NCBI GenBank assembly: GCA_038046765.1
Contig: JBBSVN010000005.1
Span: 64,001-128,000 of the forward strand
DNA from: Candidatus Micrarchaeota archaeon
Lineage (GTDB): Archaea; Micrarchaeota; Micrarchaeia; Anstonellales; Bilamarchaeaceae
Direction of reading: 5' to 3'
DNA: 64,000 nucleotides
This document shows positions 21,253 through 30,899 of this stretch, piece by piece. Position 1 is the stretch's first letter, and every line of letters begins with the position of its first letter. The translations under genes and the position numbers were made by a program. The notes beneath the pieces were generated by a model, which saw only the letters and a program-made list of their open reading frames with translations, did not search any database and was not told the DNA's origin.

Positions 21253-21443
21253 GCCAGGATGACAGAATCCGGTTATCGTGCTTGTCTCGAAACCAAACCT
21301 TTTACATTGGTTTTTCTAAGAAATTTATTCTTAGAATGCGAGTTAACAAGTTCCCTTGCGGGATTGTAGGTTCAAAAGTTTTCGGATTGTTTTTCAAAAC
21401 GCTAGACGCGTAACTGAAAACTGAACATATCCTGCTCCTGGCG
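21253..21443 (+). tRNA. tRNA-Ser(CGA) with two introns: 37/38 (21292-21344) and T-loop (about 21377-21429)
   Basis: Acceptor GCCAGGA/TCCTGGC+G, anticodon stem CTTGT/ACAAG, long variable arm, T stem GTAGG/CCTGC; central helices CTCG/CGAG and TTCA/TGAA. The 3' bulge of intron 2 is 5 nt, so that boundary is uncertain. Confidence 0.92.
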
Positions 21444-21498
21444 TATAATAATAAAAATTGAACATAGAATATAATATATAAAATATCAAATATAAAAT

Positions 21499-21652
21499 GG
21501 GCCTGTAGCTCAGTCTGGATCAGAGCGGCACCGTCCTAAGAGTTCTGTGTCATGTGTTTTACGTTTTGTTCGTTATTCGTTCAAGACGCTAAACTGAAAA
21601 CACAAAACTCGCATGTAGGTGTAGGCCATGAGTTCAAATCTCATCTGGCTCG
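21499..21652 (+). tRNA. tRNA-Arg(CCT) with a 78-nt intron at 37/38 (21539-21616)
   Basis: Acceptor GGGCCTG/CTGGCTC (one T-T mismatch), D stem GCTC/GAGC, anticodon stem GCACC/GGTGT, T arm ATGAG-TTCAAAT-CTCAT; spliced loop GTCCTAA. Confidence 0.85.
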
Positions 21653-21722
21653 TATATTTTTCTTTTTTCTTTTTTTAGTTCTAGCCACAGCTTTATAATC
21701 CTTATTTTCTTTCTTATTAAGC

Positions 21723-22283
21723 ATGACAAAGAAATTCGTTCTTGATACTTCGCTTTTTGTAAACCCTCACGCACGCGGACACTTTGGAAAAACTCCTGAC
21801 TTGGCTGTTAAAGGATTCTTGAAAGCTGCAAAGAAGAAGAATGCAGAATTTTACATGCCACCAAGTGTATTTAAGGAATTAAAAAATTTTCTTAAATCTA
21901 AAACTGCCGATGAATTAGAATTGTTTTTGAAGAATAAAGCACCTAATATTTATGCTACTTACTTGCCAGCTGCAGTACTTTATGATTTTATCGAAGATAT
22001 GCGAAATCGACTGAACAAAGGATTAAGATTAGCCGAAGACTATGCTCAAGATAATCACCCAGATAATGCTGCAAAACTTGGGAAATTAAGGGAAAAATAC
22101 AGAGAAGCAGTTCGTGCTGGCTTAGTTGATAGCAAGGAAGACTTTGAACTTATTCTCTTATCAAAAGAAATAGATGCTCTTTTAGTTTCTAGTGATGAAG
22201 GCGTAATAAAATTTGCAACTAATATTGGGTGCGAATGTTTGAATGCAAGCAAATTAAGCGCGATGTTAAAGAAGTTAAGATAA
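21723..22283 (+). CDS. HARP, protein-only RNase P (Aq_880 homolog; 'RNA ligase partner' PIN family)
   Basis: FVLDTSLF, FYMPPSVFKEL, RLNKGLRLAE, LREKYREAVRAGLVDSKEDFELILL, SSDEG. Confidence 0.92.
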   Translation: MTKKFVLDTSLFVNPHARGHFGKTPDLAVKGFLKAAKKKNAEFYMPPSVFKELKNFLKSKTADELELFLKNKAPNIYATYLPAAVLYDFIEDMRNRLNKGLRLAEDYAQDNHPDNAAKLGKLREKYREAVRAGLVDSKEDFELILLSKEIDALLVSSDEGVIKFATNIGCECLNASKLSAMLKKLR

Positions 22284-22304
22284 AATAAACTGTGATTCAA
22301 ACAT

Positions 22305-23063
22305 ATGTCTAGAAAAACCAAAATCGCACAAAGTTTTGACAAAATCAGCCGAACTTACGAAGATGTTCGGCCTACTTATCCTGATGTTGTTATCAAAAAG
22401 ATTCTCTCTTTTTCAAAGATCCCAAAAAATGGTAAAATTGTTGAAGTTGGCTGCGGACCAGGTATAGCTACAATTCCATTTGCAAAAAAAGGATACAATA
22501 TCTCTGCCATAGATCCTGGTAAAAATCTCCTTTCTATTGCTAAAGAAAAAACCCGTAAATTTTCAAATGTTTCTTATATTTTAAGTTCATTTGAAGATGC
22601 TAAACTTCCAATTAATACTTTCGATCTTTTAATTTCTGGTACTGCCTTTCATTGGGTTAATCAGAAAACAGGATATAAAAAAGCTGGCGAATTGCTAAAG
22701 AAAGGCGGAACAATCGCGCTTTTCTGGCTTGCTAATAACTATAAACGAACTGACTTTATTCCTGGTTTATCCGCAGTTTTTAAGAAATACTCTAAAAATA
22801 AAAAAATCAAGCAAAAACCCTATGAAAAAGAATTTAAACGCATAGCGCGGTCAGGTCTTTTCGGAAAAGTTCACCGGTTCATTTATAATCAAAGAATCAA
22901 ATACTCTAAGGAAGATTACATTAAACTTGTAAGTACTTTTGGCTGGATAAATGTACATCCTAAAAAACCAGAATTTCTTAAAGACCTTAGTAATTTACTT
23001 GGAAAGAGAAAGTATATTTTAGTTCCGTATTCTACTATTCTTTTTATTGCGAGAAGAAAATAA
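22305..23063 (+). CDS. Class I SAM-dependent methyltransferase
   Basis: YEDVRPTYP, EVGCGPG, AFHWV. Confidence 0.9.
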   Translation: MSRKTKIAQSFDKISRTYEDVRPTYPDVVIKKILSFSKIPKNGKIVEVGCGPGIATIPFAKKGYNISAIDPGKNLLSIAKEKTRKFSNVSYILSSFEDAKLPINTFDLLISGTAFHWVNQKTGYKKAGELLKKGGTIALFWLANNYKRTDFIPGLSAVFKKYSKNKKIKQKPYEKEFKRIARSGLFGKVHRFIYNQRIKYSKEDYIKLVSTFGWINVHPKKPEFLKDLSNLLGKRKYILVPYSTILFIARRK

Positions 23064-23064
23064 A

Positions 23065-24147
23065 TTAATCCTCAATCCCCTTCCCGCTTAAAGCCTCCTT
23101 TATTTTATGGGTGCTTTTCTTGTAGATTTTTCTAAACTTAATTTTTGTTTTTCCATTTTCTGCTTTGGTTCGGCTCACTTCATCAATTTTTATTTCCTTG
23201 CTCATGTGCCTATGGATCCAGTCCCATATTTTTAAGTCTTTAATGATGATTTCATAATCGTCGTAAATTTGTTTGTCGTTTTCGACTTCCGTTATTGCCT
23301 TTGTCAATTTCTCATAAAAAGCTATCCCAAGTTCTTTTGCAAATTTTTCTTTATTTAGTTCAAACTCCCGAATAAATATCGCACTTCTAAGAACTCTTTG
23401 AACATAAAACCCAAGCGGCATATCAAATAAGCTATGCGATGACCCTGCAATATCTTCTATATCTGCAAAAGGATTGACATATTTTACGGCTTCCTTACGA
23501 TCTTCGCTCTTAAATATTATCCCCTCCTTTCTCTGTTTCATTATTGATAGTGCGATTTCTCTTATTTTCTTTAAATCAGAAATAGCAAACTTGCCAAAAC
23601 TAGGTGCCTCTTCTATTTTATATTTTTTTAGTAACGATTGCCTTTCTTCCGGAGAAATATAATTGCCGTTTCCAGTATCAACATCAAAAACAAATATCTT
23701 AACATCAAATCCCTTAGTCGGTCTAGTATATGGGGTGTTTCCAACCATTTCCGCGCATAATACATAATCTGGAAAATCAGAAAAGAATTTAGGAGTTATT
23801 AATTCGCGCGCTTTCTCACTTGCAAAGTAATCAAGGAATCCGCCACGAGAAAATGCGTAAACATTACCATTAATCTTTGCGATTCGAAGATTATATCCGT
23901 CTATCTTCTCTTCAATGTAAAAATAAGACGCAGTTATGTTCCTTTCTAATCCCTTCTTTAGTGTAAATATCCTTTTAATGTGGGGAAAACCAAAAATAAT
24001 TCGCTCGTTAATAACAATTGTCCCACGTGGAATTCCTCTAAAACCTTCCCGAAAACCAGAATAAATTAGTTCTTCTTTTCGATCAATTAGTTTGCCTCTT
24101 TTACGGGCTTCGGATAGTAATTGATCTGTCATTTCTAGTTTTGGCAT
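23065..24147 (-). CDS. rnl: ATP-dependent RNA ligase, archaeal Rnl3 (Pab1020/MthRnl) family
   Basis: GFPHIKRI, motif I EEKIDGYNLR, SRGG, CAEMVG, FVFD, KEGIIFK, VKY, C-terminal dimerisation domain. Confidence 0.92.
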   Translation of the reverse strand: MPKLEMTDQLLSEARKRGKLIDRKEELIYSGFREGFRGIPRGTIVINERIIFGFPHIKRIFTLKKGLERNITASYFYIEEKIDGYNLRIAKINGNVYAFSRGGFLDYFASEKARELITPKFFSDFPDYVLCAEMVGNTPYTRPTKGFDVKIFVFDVDTGNGNYISPEERQSLLKKYKIEEAPSFGKFAISDLKKIREIALSIMKQRKEGIIFKSEDRKEAVKYVNPFADIEDIAGSSHSLFDMPLGFYVQRVLRSAIFIREFELNKEKFAKELGIAFYEKLTKAITEVENDKQIYDDYEIIIKDLKIWDWIHRHMSKEIKIDEVSRTKAENGKTKIKFRKIYKKSTHKIKEALSGKGIED

Positions 24148-24191
24148 AAAATAAACAAGTAAATGAATATTATAAATATACTCTAAGTACG

Positions 24192-25973
24192 CTAAGCCAC
24201 CTTAGCTTCCTTATTCTCATTAAGCATTTCCTTTACAATTATTGCATAAGCTGGTCTTGATAATAAGAATCCTAAAACAGCTCCTAGAATTGTCGACGTA
24301 GCAAAACCGATTAATTCAGTTATTCCAGAGAATAATAATGGCATCATCGCAACAATCGCAACAACTATATTTGTTTTAATTATCTCAAAAGCTGAAGCTA
24401 TTTTAGATTCAATCGATCCTCCATCTTTTTTCCTTATTTCATCAGTAATTACAATCTGCGCGTCAACACCAACACCAATAGCAGCTATAATTCCAGCTAC
24501 TCCTGCTAAATCGATGTTAAATGGCGAACCTCCTAAAATAGATAATAAAATTATAAGTTCGCTAATACTTACTCCAACTATTGGTAAAATCATTTTAAGG
24601 CTTCTATACCTAAGCGAAATAAAAATTCCGATTGCGATTAATGAAGCTGCGATACCAAGTATACTTATTTGTAAGAATTCTGCACCTAGTGTTGCAGGTA
24701 TTGTTGTTTTACTTCCAAGAGATATTTGAACTGGTAATGAACCTCCTTTTAATATACTTTCAATAAAACGTGCCTGCTCAAGAGCCAGATTTGCCTTATT
24801 TGTATTTGCACTTAACTGTGTTGTTGGGACGCTTCCGCTGATACCTACTGAATTTCCTGATGGTGGTAATCCCTTTGTTAGTTCTTCTCCTAAAACTGGC
24901 GATGTTAACAACCCTACGGCGGACCATTTTTCTATAGATATGCTTTTATCAATTGGATTATAATTAAACGTCGGTGTTATGTTTTCCTCTGCAATTTCTT
25001 TAACAATAAATCCTTTTTGTTTTAGGTAATCCTTTACTTGTAAGGACGCTTCTGAAGAAATGTATGCTTTTGTTGCGTTGGTTTTTTGAGTTATATTTGT
25101 TTTATTTTGTAAAATTGTTTCTTCAAAATAAAGTTCTATGTTGTCACTATCTGTTTTAAGTGTATTCTTAGCTGCATTTATTGATTCGTAATCATTTAAC
25201 TGGCTATTTGTACCCGTTGAAGAAATTGCATTTGCTGCCGCCTCTGCTGCGCTTGTAAGTTTGTCTCTGTTTATAACAATTATTGCATCTGTTGGTCTAT
25301 CTAAAAACATGTATACTGGGAATTTTGGTTTATTTTTAGCAGTACTGGCAAATTTCTTTGCGCCTTCGTTGGTCATTGTAAAACCAACTTCCCAATCTCT
25401 GCCGGGGGAACTTCCTGGTACTTTTATCCTGATTGTCTGTGTGTATATATCTTCTGAAGTTAAAGCTGTTTTACCATCTATTACTGCAAGAAAAACTCCT
25501 TGTTGTGAAATCGCTTTTTCTATTGCACTTATTTGTTCATCGTTTGTATTTGCCAGTTCTACGTTTATTTCTGTATCTCCTATTGATTTGACTTTTACTT
25601 CGCTTAATCCAAGAACCGATGCTCTGCTTTTTATCGTGTCTATCATTTTATTCATTGTTTCTGCATCAACTTTCTTTTCCAGTATAATTGGTATTTTGGT
25701 ACCACCGCTAAAATCAATTCCAAAATGAAGTCCGTTAAATGCGAGGTTAAACATTGCCAGTAAAACAATCGCAGCCATTCCGAACATTCGTAGTTTAGTG
25801 TCCTTGTAAATTATTGCCATTCCTCCAAAAAGTATGAGTGCCGCAGCAAGTGTCATTCCTGCGAATTTTGAATAACCTGCGATTAAGAATATAAATATTA
25901 AAAATAATGCCCCTAAGAAAGCCATGCTTCGGTCTAGTTTTAACTGGAATTTTGGTCCTTGTTGTTCGTTCAT
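24192..25973 (-). CDS. secD: Protein translocase subunit SecD
   Basis: GIDFSGGT, LKGGSLP, IPATLG, GVGVDAQIVITDE. Confidence 0.92.
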   Translation of the reverse strand: MNEQQGPKFQLKLDRSMAFLGALFLIFIFLIAGYSKFAGMTLAAALILFGGMAIIYKDTKLRMFGMAAIVLLAMFNLAFNGLHFGIDFSGGTKIPIILEKKVDAETMNKMIDTIKSRASVLGLSEVKVKSIGDTEINVELANTNDEQISAIEKAISQQGVFLAVIDGKTALTSEDIYTQTIRIKVPGSSPGRDWEVGFTMTNEGAKKFASTAKNKPKFPVYMFLDRPTDAIIVINRDKLTSAAEAAANAISSTGTNSQLNDYESINAAKNTLKTDSDNIELYFEETILQNKTNITQKTNATKAYISSEASLQVKDYLKQKGFIVKEIAEENITPTFNYNPIDKSISIEKWSAVGLLTSPVLGEELTKGLPPSGNSVGISGSVPTTQLSANTNKANLALEQARFIESILKGGSLPVQISLGSKTTIPATLGAEFLQISILGIAASLIAIGIFISLRYRSLKMILPIVGVSISELIILLSILGGSPFNIDLAGVAGIIAAIGVGVDAQIVITDEIRKKDGGSIESKIASAFEIIKTNIVVAIVAMMPLLFSGITELIGFATSTILGAVLGFLLSRPAYAIIVKEMLNENKEAKVA

Positions 25974-27061
25974 TTTTCCACCGGAGTTTTCTTTGGTTCT
26001 TTTGATTCCACATACATTAAAAGGATTACCGCGTTAATACCCCACGTAGCAAACAAATCTCCAACTAACCCTACTAATGCAACTGCAGATATTTCGTAAT
26101 ATGTTGATATTCTGGTATAAAGCGAAATTATGAAAAGTACTGCAAATGCAATTATTGCAGCGATACTCATTGTTGCTCCTGTCTTAAACGCATCAAACGC
26201 CTTTTCTCTTGGGTCTCCTTGTCTTTTTAACATACGCATTGTAAGTAAAATGTCTGTGTCTAAAGAGAATCCTGCTAGCATTAATAATGCAGCTAAGGTT
26301 GGAAGAGTAAATGGTATTCCTAATAATCCCATTCCGCCTAGCGCAAAAGTTACATCTGCTGCTGCTCCGATTATTACTGCGAGACTCGGGACAAATGTCC
26401 TAAAGAATATGAATACGAAAATTATGCTTACTATTGCTGAATACAATACTGTCTGTTCTGCTTTTTCTACAAATTTTCCCCGTAATAATGGAGAAACTGT
26501 ATGTACGCTGATTGAAGTGTATTTTACGTATTTTTGTATTGGACCAGATATTGACTGCTGGTAGTTATCATAAACTTTAGTATATGCTGCACTTACCTGT
26601 TTATCGATGCTGTTTAATCCTTCATCTTCTGTTATCGTTTTTTGGATTCTCGCAAGCGTTAACATCTGATTGGCTAGTTTTATCATTTCTGGTTTATCTG
26701 TTGTTGCGTTACTTAAATTACCAAAACTTTCTTTTTGAACCTGTGCATCAAGAAGTTTTGTAAAATTTGTTTTTATGCTTTCAGCATTAACTAAGTCCAT
26801 ACTCTGGCCTAATTCTATTTCAACGGCATATCCGGTTGGTAAAGCGTATGTAATAACTGTTCCTTGCAAACCTTCTTTTTCTAAATTTGCTTGTAACTGC
26901 TTAGAGTCAAGGTTTTGGTCTACAGTTAATTTAATTAACGTACCTCCCCGAAAATCAACTCCCGGTTTAATACTTTGCGCAAAGTATAAACTTAAGATTA
27001 GTAAAATTATTGGTATTATTACCAATAATTTATAGTTGCCCTTGTATATATTAGGAATCAT
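25970..27061 (-). CDS. secF: Protein translocase subunit SecF
   Basis: GVDFRGGT, GFSLDTDILLT; overlaps the secD start. Confidence 0.92.
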   Translation of the reverse strand: MIPNIYKGNYKLLVIIPIILLILSLYFAQSIKPGVDFRGGTLIKLTVDQNLDSKQLQANLEKEGLQGTVITYALPTGYAVEIELGQSMDLVNAESIKTNFTKLLDAQVQKESFGNLSNATTDKPEMIKLANQMLTLARIQKTITEDEGLNSIDKQVSAAYTKVYDNYQQSISGPIQKYVKYTSISVHTVSPLLRGKFVEKAEQTVLYSAIVSIIFVFIFFRTFVPSLAVIIGAAADVTFALGGMGLLGIPFTLPTLAALLMLAGFSLDTDILLTMRMLKRQGDPREKAFDAFKTGATMSIAAIIAFAVLFIISLYTRISTYYEISAVALVGLVGDLFATWGINAVILLMYVESKEPKKTPVEK

Positions 27062-27236
27062 AAAATCAAATACTTCTCTAAGTAGATATTTTTGTTGTCA
27101 AATAATATAATAGCTATTATTTTTAATTGTTAGGTCTAAATATATTATACTGGCAGGTAGCTAGTGGCTCTTAGCTAGTAGCTTTATAATTAAATTGATT
27201 TGTTAACCTTATAATAATGGGTTTATAAAAAAATAA

Positions 27237-27327
27237 CGACTGACGCGACCGTTATTTTATACTAAGTGTCGCGTCCTACAAGTCTGTAATAAGAAGAGCC
27301 TCTTTTTTCTTAGTAAAGAGTATGTAG
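27237..27327 (+). repeat. tRNA-upstream double-hairpin element, copy 2 (before tRNA-Cys)
   Basis: CGACT-GACGCGAC..GTCGCGTC-CTACAAGTCTGTAA-TAAGAA..TTCTTA..TGTAG; TTTATAAA box at 27222-27229. Confidence 0.8.
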
Positions 27328-27342
27328 TAAGTTTATACTAAC

Positions 27343-27544
27343 GCCGGGTTGGCAGATCGGCTATGCCGCCGCCTGCAAACTCCTTTAATTGCTTAGGGTC
27401 AAACCTAGCTTCTAAAGTTGATGTTTTAAAGGCACTTATGTGATACTTTGTATTACCGTAAGATTCCGCTTTTATGAGGTAAGCGCAAGTTTACCAATGA
27501 TATTTAGAAAGCGGCTTAGACAGGTTCAACTCCTGTACCCGGCT
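27343..27544 (+). tRNA. tRNA-Cys(GCA) with a 131-nt intron at 37/38 (27379-27509)
   Basis: Acceptor GCCGGGT/ACCCGGC with T discriminator, anticodon stem GCCGC/GCGGC, T arm ACAGG-TTCAACT-CCTGT; relaxed BHB. Confidence 0.92.
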
Positions 27545-27690
27545 TAATTTATTTTTATAATTGATCGTTTAGCGTTTTCAAGTTTCGAGTTTTGTGTTTA
27601 GTATTTTGTTGATTAATCTAGATACCGGGTAGAATTAAAAGCTTTTGCACACTAATTTTAATTATTAACAACTACTTAAGAGCTGATTTT

Positions 27691-28466
27691 ATGTCAAGAA
27701 AATTACGCGTAGCGATATTAGGATGCGAACCAAAAGAGCAACTCTACTTCCTCATAGGGGAAAACAATGTTTTTCAATGGCGATTCTAGCAGATAACCTT
27801 AGCGAAATGTCTTCTAAAGTTGGTTTTAAAATTCAGCCAACAATTTACTGGGTCGCAAACGGAGCACAATTTCCTAGAATAATTTCAAATACATTTGATG
27901 CAGTTGTAACTACGGGTTCACAGTTAAACTTAGATAAAGAAAGCATACCTCTAAATCCATGGTATCAAAACCTCTTTGAGTTTATTCGTTCAGTAAGGCA
28001 TCAAAGAATTCCAATGCTCGGAATATGTTTTGGACATCAGGCAATTGCAGCCGCATTTGGAGTTGAAGTAATTACCAATCCGATTAAACCACAAACAGAA
28101 ATCGGCTTTGCACCAGTTACTTTGACTATAGAAGGAAGAGGAAGCGGATTACTCTCTGGTCTGCCAAGAGATCATTTTGATGCGCTTTTCTCACATTCTT
28201 ATTGTATTACAACTGTTCCACACGGAGCACAAACTTTAGCCATAGGACATGGCAAAATGATTCATGCTTTTAGTTTAGATCTTTTGTATGGAGTTCAGTT
28301 CCATCCGGAAATTTCACCTGATGTCATAAAACATATTGCAGAATTGCGGGCAGAAAAACTTGCGAAACAGGGAATAAAACGAGTAAAAACTGAAATCGAA
28401 AGAAGAGTAGATCATACTGTTCTAGAAAACTTTGTTAAGATGGCTGCGAGAATGCGGGAATTATAA
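27691..28466 (+). CDS. Class I glutamine amidotransferase-like protein, probably frameshifted near the 5' end
   Basis: GICFGHQ and GVQFHPE in frame 27723-28466; a typical N-terminus MSRKLRVAILGCEP starts at ATG 27691 in another frame that stops at 27789. Confidence 0.75.
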
Positions 28467-28470
28467 TTTT

Positions 28471-29097
28471 TCATTTCTTCCAAACCCAAAAGTGTCCTTT
28501 GTGATGCAAACGTTTTCCTAAGGTAGTTTCGCTATAATGTAGTAACTTTAAGTTCGCGTAGTTCGTTTCTATTTCTTCTTTATTTCGATAATACATAATA
28601 TTTCCAAACTTTCCAGTTGCACTAGATTTGCTCTGTGAATGTTCGTCCTTATCAGAATAGCAAACGAGTGCAAGAATTCCGTCCTTATCTAAAAGAGAAA
28701 TTTCTTTTTTTGTGTAATGTAAAATATCATCTGGAGTAATATGGTGCATAATTGAATAATCAAAAATAAAATCAAACTTCTTTTCTTCAAACGAATATTC
28801 TAAGAAATCTCCAGTAATAAAATTTATTTTTACTTCCGCAACCTTCGCTTTCTCTTTTGCAATTTTAATTGCTTTTTCTGAAATATCTATCGCAGTAACA
28901 TCAAAACCAAGCTTTGCTAAATAAATAGAATAATTACCTGAACCGCATGCAATATCCAAAATTCGCGAACCGGTTACAAACTTATTTTTTAAAATAAAAT
29001 CTAATTCTACGGGGTGTTTTTCTATTTCCCAAGGAATATCTTCAAGTTTTTTAGAATACATTTTTTGCCAATAATCTGCTTTATCTGCATTAACCAT
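28471..29097 (-). CDS. Class I SAM-dependent methyltransferase (TPMT/TehB-like)
   Basis: IPWE, LDIACGSG, AIDIS, FDFIFD. Confidence 0.88.
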   Translation of the reverse strand: MVNADKADYWQKMYSKKLEDIPWEIEKHPVELDFILKNKFVTGSRILDIACGSGNYSIYLAKLGFDVTAIDISEKAIKIAKEKAKVAEVKINFITGDFLEYSFEEKKFDFIFDYSIMHHITPDDILHYTKKEISLLDKDGILALVCYSDKDEHSQSKSSATGKFGNIMYYRNKEEIETNYANLKLLHYSETTLGKRLHHKGHFWVWKK

Positions 29098-29150
29098 AAA
29101 TAATAATTAAATACTAACGTTTATTAAGAAGTTCCGTTATATACTATATT

Positions 29151-29465
29151 ATGTCAAGAAGAAGTCTAAACAAGGAATTAGCAAGCGAAAAAGTGGAAAT
29201 ACATTTTTATCTGGTTAGTATAAAAGATGGACAAAAAATCTTAAAACCCCTTAAATTTACAACAAAAATTTCACTAGGTTTAGTTCGAGCGATATCAGCA
29301 GATACTGTAATTCCTACTTTTTATGATACACTATCAGATAATCTAAGAGAGCGTGGCGTAAAGGATGGTTCAACCGTTCAATTACGTGCAAAGTTTAGTC
29401 CAGGGCACGAAATGTTTGACCCATCTTTAAAAGGAACAAAAGTAATCTGCGAAGCTAAAGTTTAA
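29151..29465 (+). CDS. Hypothetical protein
   Basis: 104-aa ORF filling the gap between opposite-strand genes. Confidence 0.55.
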   Translation: MSRRSLNKELASEKVEIHFYLVSIKDGQKILKPLKFTTKISLGLVRAISADTVIPTFYDTLSDNLRERGVKDGSTVQLRAKFSPGHEMFDPSLKGTKVICEAKV

Positions 29466-29466
29466 T

Positions 29467-30120
29467 TTATTCTTTTTCTATAATTTGAATTAATTGAGCT
29501 ATTCCTAAATTTGTTGGAGCGTGCAGTCTTATTGTCTCTCTTAACATGCTGGTAATATCCGAAGTCGGAGATCCGAATTGACTAGGTTCATCTATTGCTA
29601 ACATTCCTAAAACATGTAAAACTGATCCTTCTAAATCTGCAATTATTCTTCCTTCAACTACTGCTTCAGTACATAAATAATTTAACATTCTTCTTACATA
29701 CATTTCAGAAAGCACAGTCATCCCATTTGCGCTAATATGCGGTTGTTCGATCTGTAGTTTGGCAGAATAAATTCCATTTCCTGCATCTTCTGCATATTCG
29801 TGTGTATGCTCGTATTGGGCAAATGCCCGGACGTAGTTGTATACTAAGTGCCATTTTGCAAAAGAAAAAGGCACGGTTAGTGAAAGTTCTGCAGTTATTT
29901 CTGTTATGTCTTCTTGTGCAGATTTTCCTTCAATGTAGACATCTAGAATTATTTTGGCACTTCCAAAACCATTTAGTTTGTTACTATTAATTAAAATTAT
30001 GCCTTCACTTGTTTCTTCTTTTCTAAACCCTTTTTGTAATAATCCTTTCTCGAAAGTTGCGAGTGCTTCTTTTGGCAATCTCATTTTTTTCCTATCTGTC
30101 GTTGATTGATTTATAATCAT
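29467..30120 (-). CDS. Hypothetical protein
   Basis: 217-aa ORF with upstream GGTGA SD. Confidence 0.65.
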   Translation of the reverse strand: MIINQSTTDRKKMRLPKEALATFEKGLLQKGFRKEETSEGIILINSNKLNGFGSAKIILDVYIEGKSAQEDITEITAELSLTVPFSFAKWHLVYNYVRAFAQYEHTHEYAEDAGNGIYSAKLQIEQPHISANGMTVLSEMYVRRMLNYLCTEAVVEGRIIADLEGSVLHVLGMLAIDEPSQFGSPTSDITSMLRETIRLHAPTNLGIAQLIQIIEKE

Positions 30121-30137
30121 AATAATTCACCTTCAAT

Positions 30138-30791
30138 TTAATCTTTATGTTCATGCTGGTATAAACTAACTAATCTTGAAATTAATATTGCAACATACAA
30201 AACTCCGGTTACTGATTCTAAAATCGCTGCTGCCCGTCCGATCGAATTAGTTGATACAATATCGCCATATCCAGTAGTTGTAAGGGTTGTATAACTAAAA
30301 TAAATTAAATCTGAACGCGCGGTTAAGCTTTCTTTATACGAAAATATAAATGTTCCAGGTATAAATTGTTCAATTGTCAGATAGACCGTTGACCAGGCTA
30401 CACCAATAAGTATGTAAACGCAAATTGCAGCGTAAATTACATTGTTATCTACTTTATCTGCGTGAGTTATGTATTTTAGAAGTCTAGTTATTGTGAATGC
30501 ATAAAATAACATTGAAAATATATAATTTAAAAGATGAAACAGTTGATCGCGTTGAAATATTATTACTGCAATCACACTAAGAAAAGCTGGGACACCTAGT
30601 GCAATTGAAATGATTAAATCTCGTTTTGATGTACTAACTGCATATACTCCGCTTATTAAAATGAATGCGAAAACTGCCTGAATTATTACTTCTTGTATTC
30701 CTCCTCCTTCAAGGAAAGGGTAAAGTATCATGGAGGCGATTAGCGAAATTAATAGAAATAACATTTTATCTTCTAAATGTAGAAATGACAT
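30138..30791 (-). CDS. Potassium channel family protein (Ion_trans_2)
   Basis: YFSYTTLTTTGYGD pore signature, multiple TMs. Confidence 0.92.
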   Translation of the reverse strand: MSFLHLEDKMLFLLISLIASMILYPFLEGGGIQEVIIQAVFAFILISGVYAVSTSKRDLIISIALGVPAFLSVIAVIIFQRDQLFHLLNYIFSMLFYAFTITRLLKYITHADKVDNNVIYAAICVYILIGVAWSTVYLTIEQFIPGTFIFSYKESLTARSDLIYFSYTTLTTTGYGDIVSTNSIGRAAAILESVTGVLYVAILISRLVSLYQHEHKD

Positions 30792-30899
30792 AAACTAATT
30801 ACAATTTCTAAATTTTAAAAATGTTTCTACAGTTTGAAACACTTTTCTAAACATTTAAAAATCGTATTAGGCATTAAATATTCCTGTTATGGTGAACAA

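Noticed and set aside
27150..27186. 5' half of a split tRNA (GGCAGGTAGCTAGTGG...)
   Set aside because: No proper D or anticodon stem and no complementary partner found. Better explained as a short tandem duplication of TAGCTAGTRGCT.
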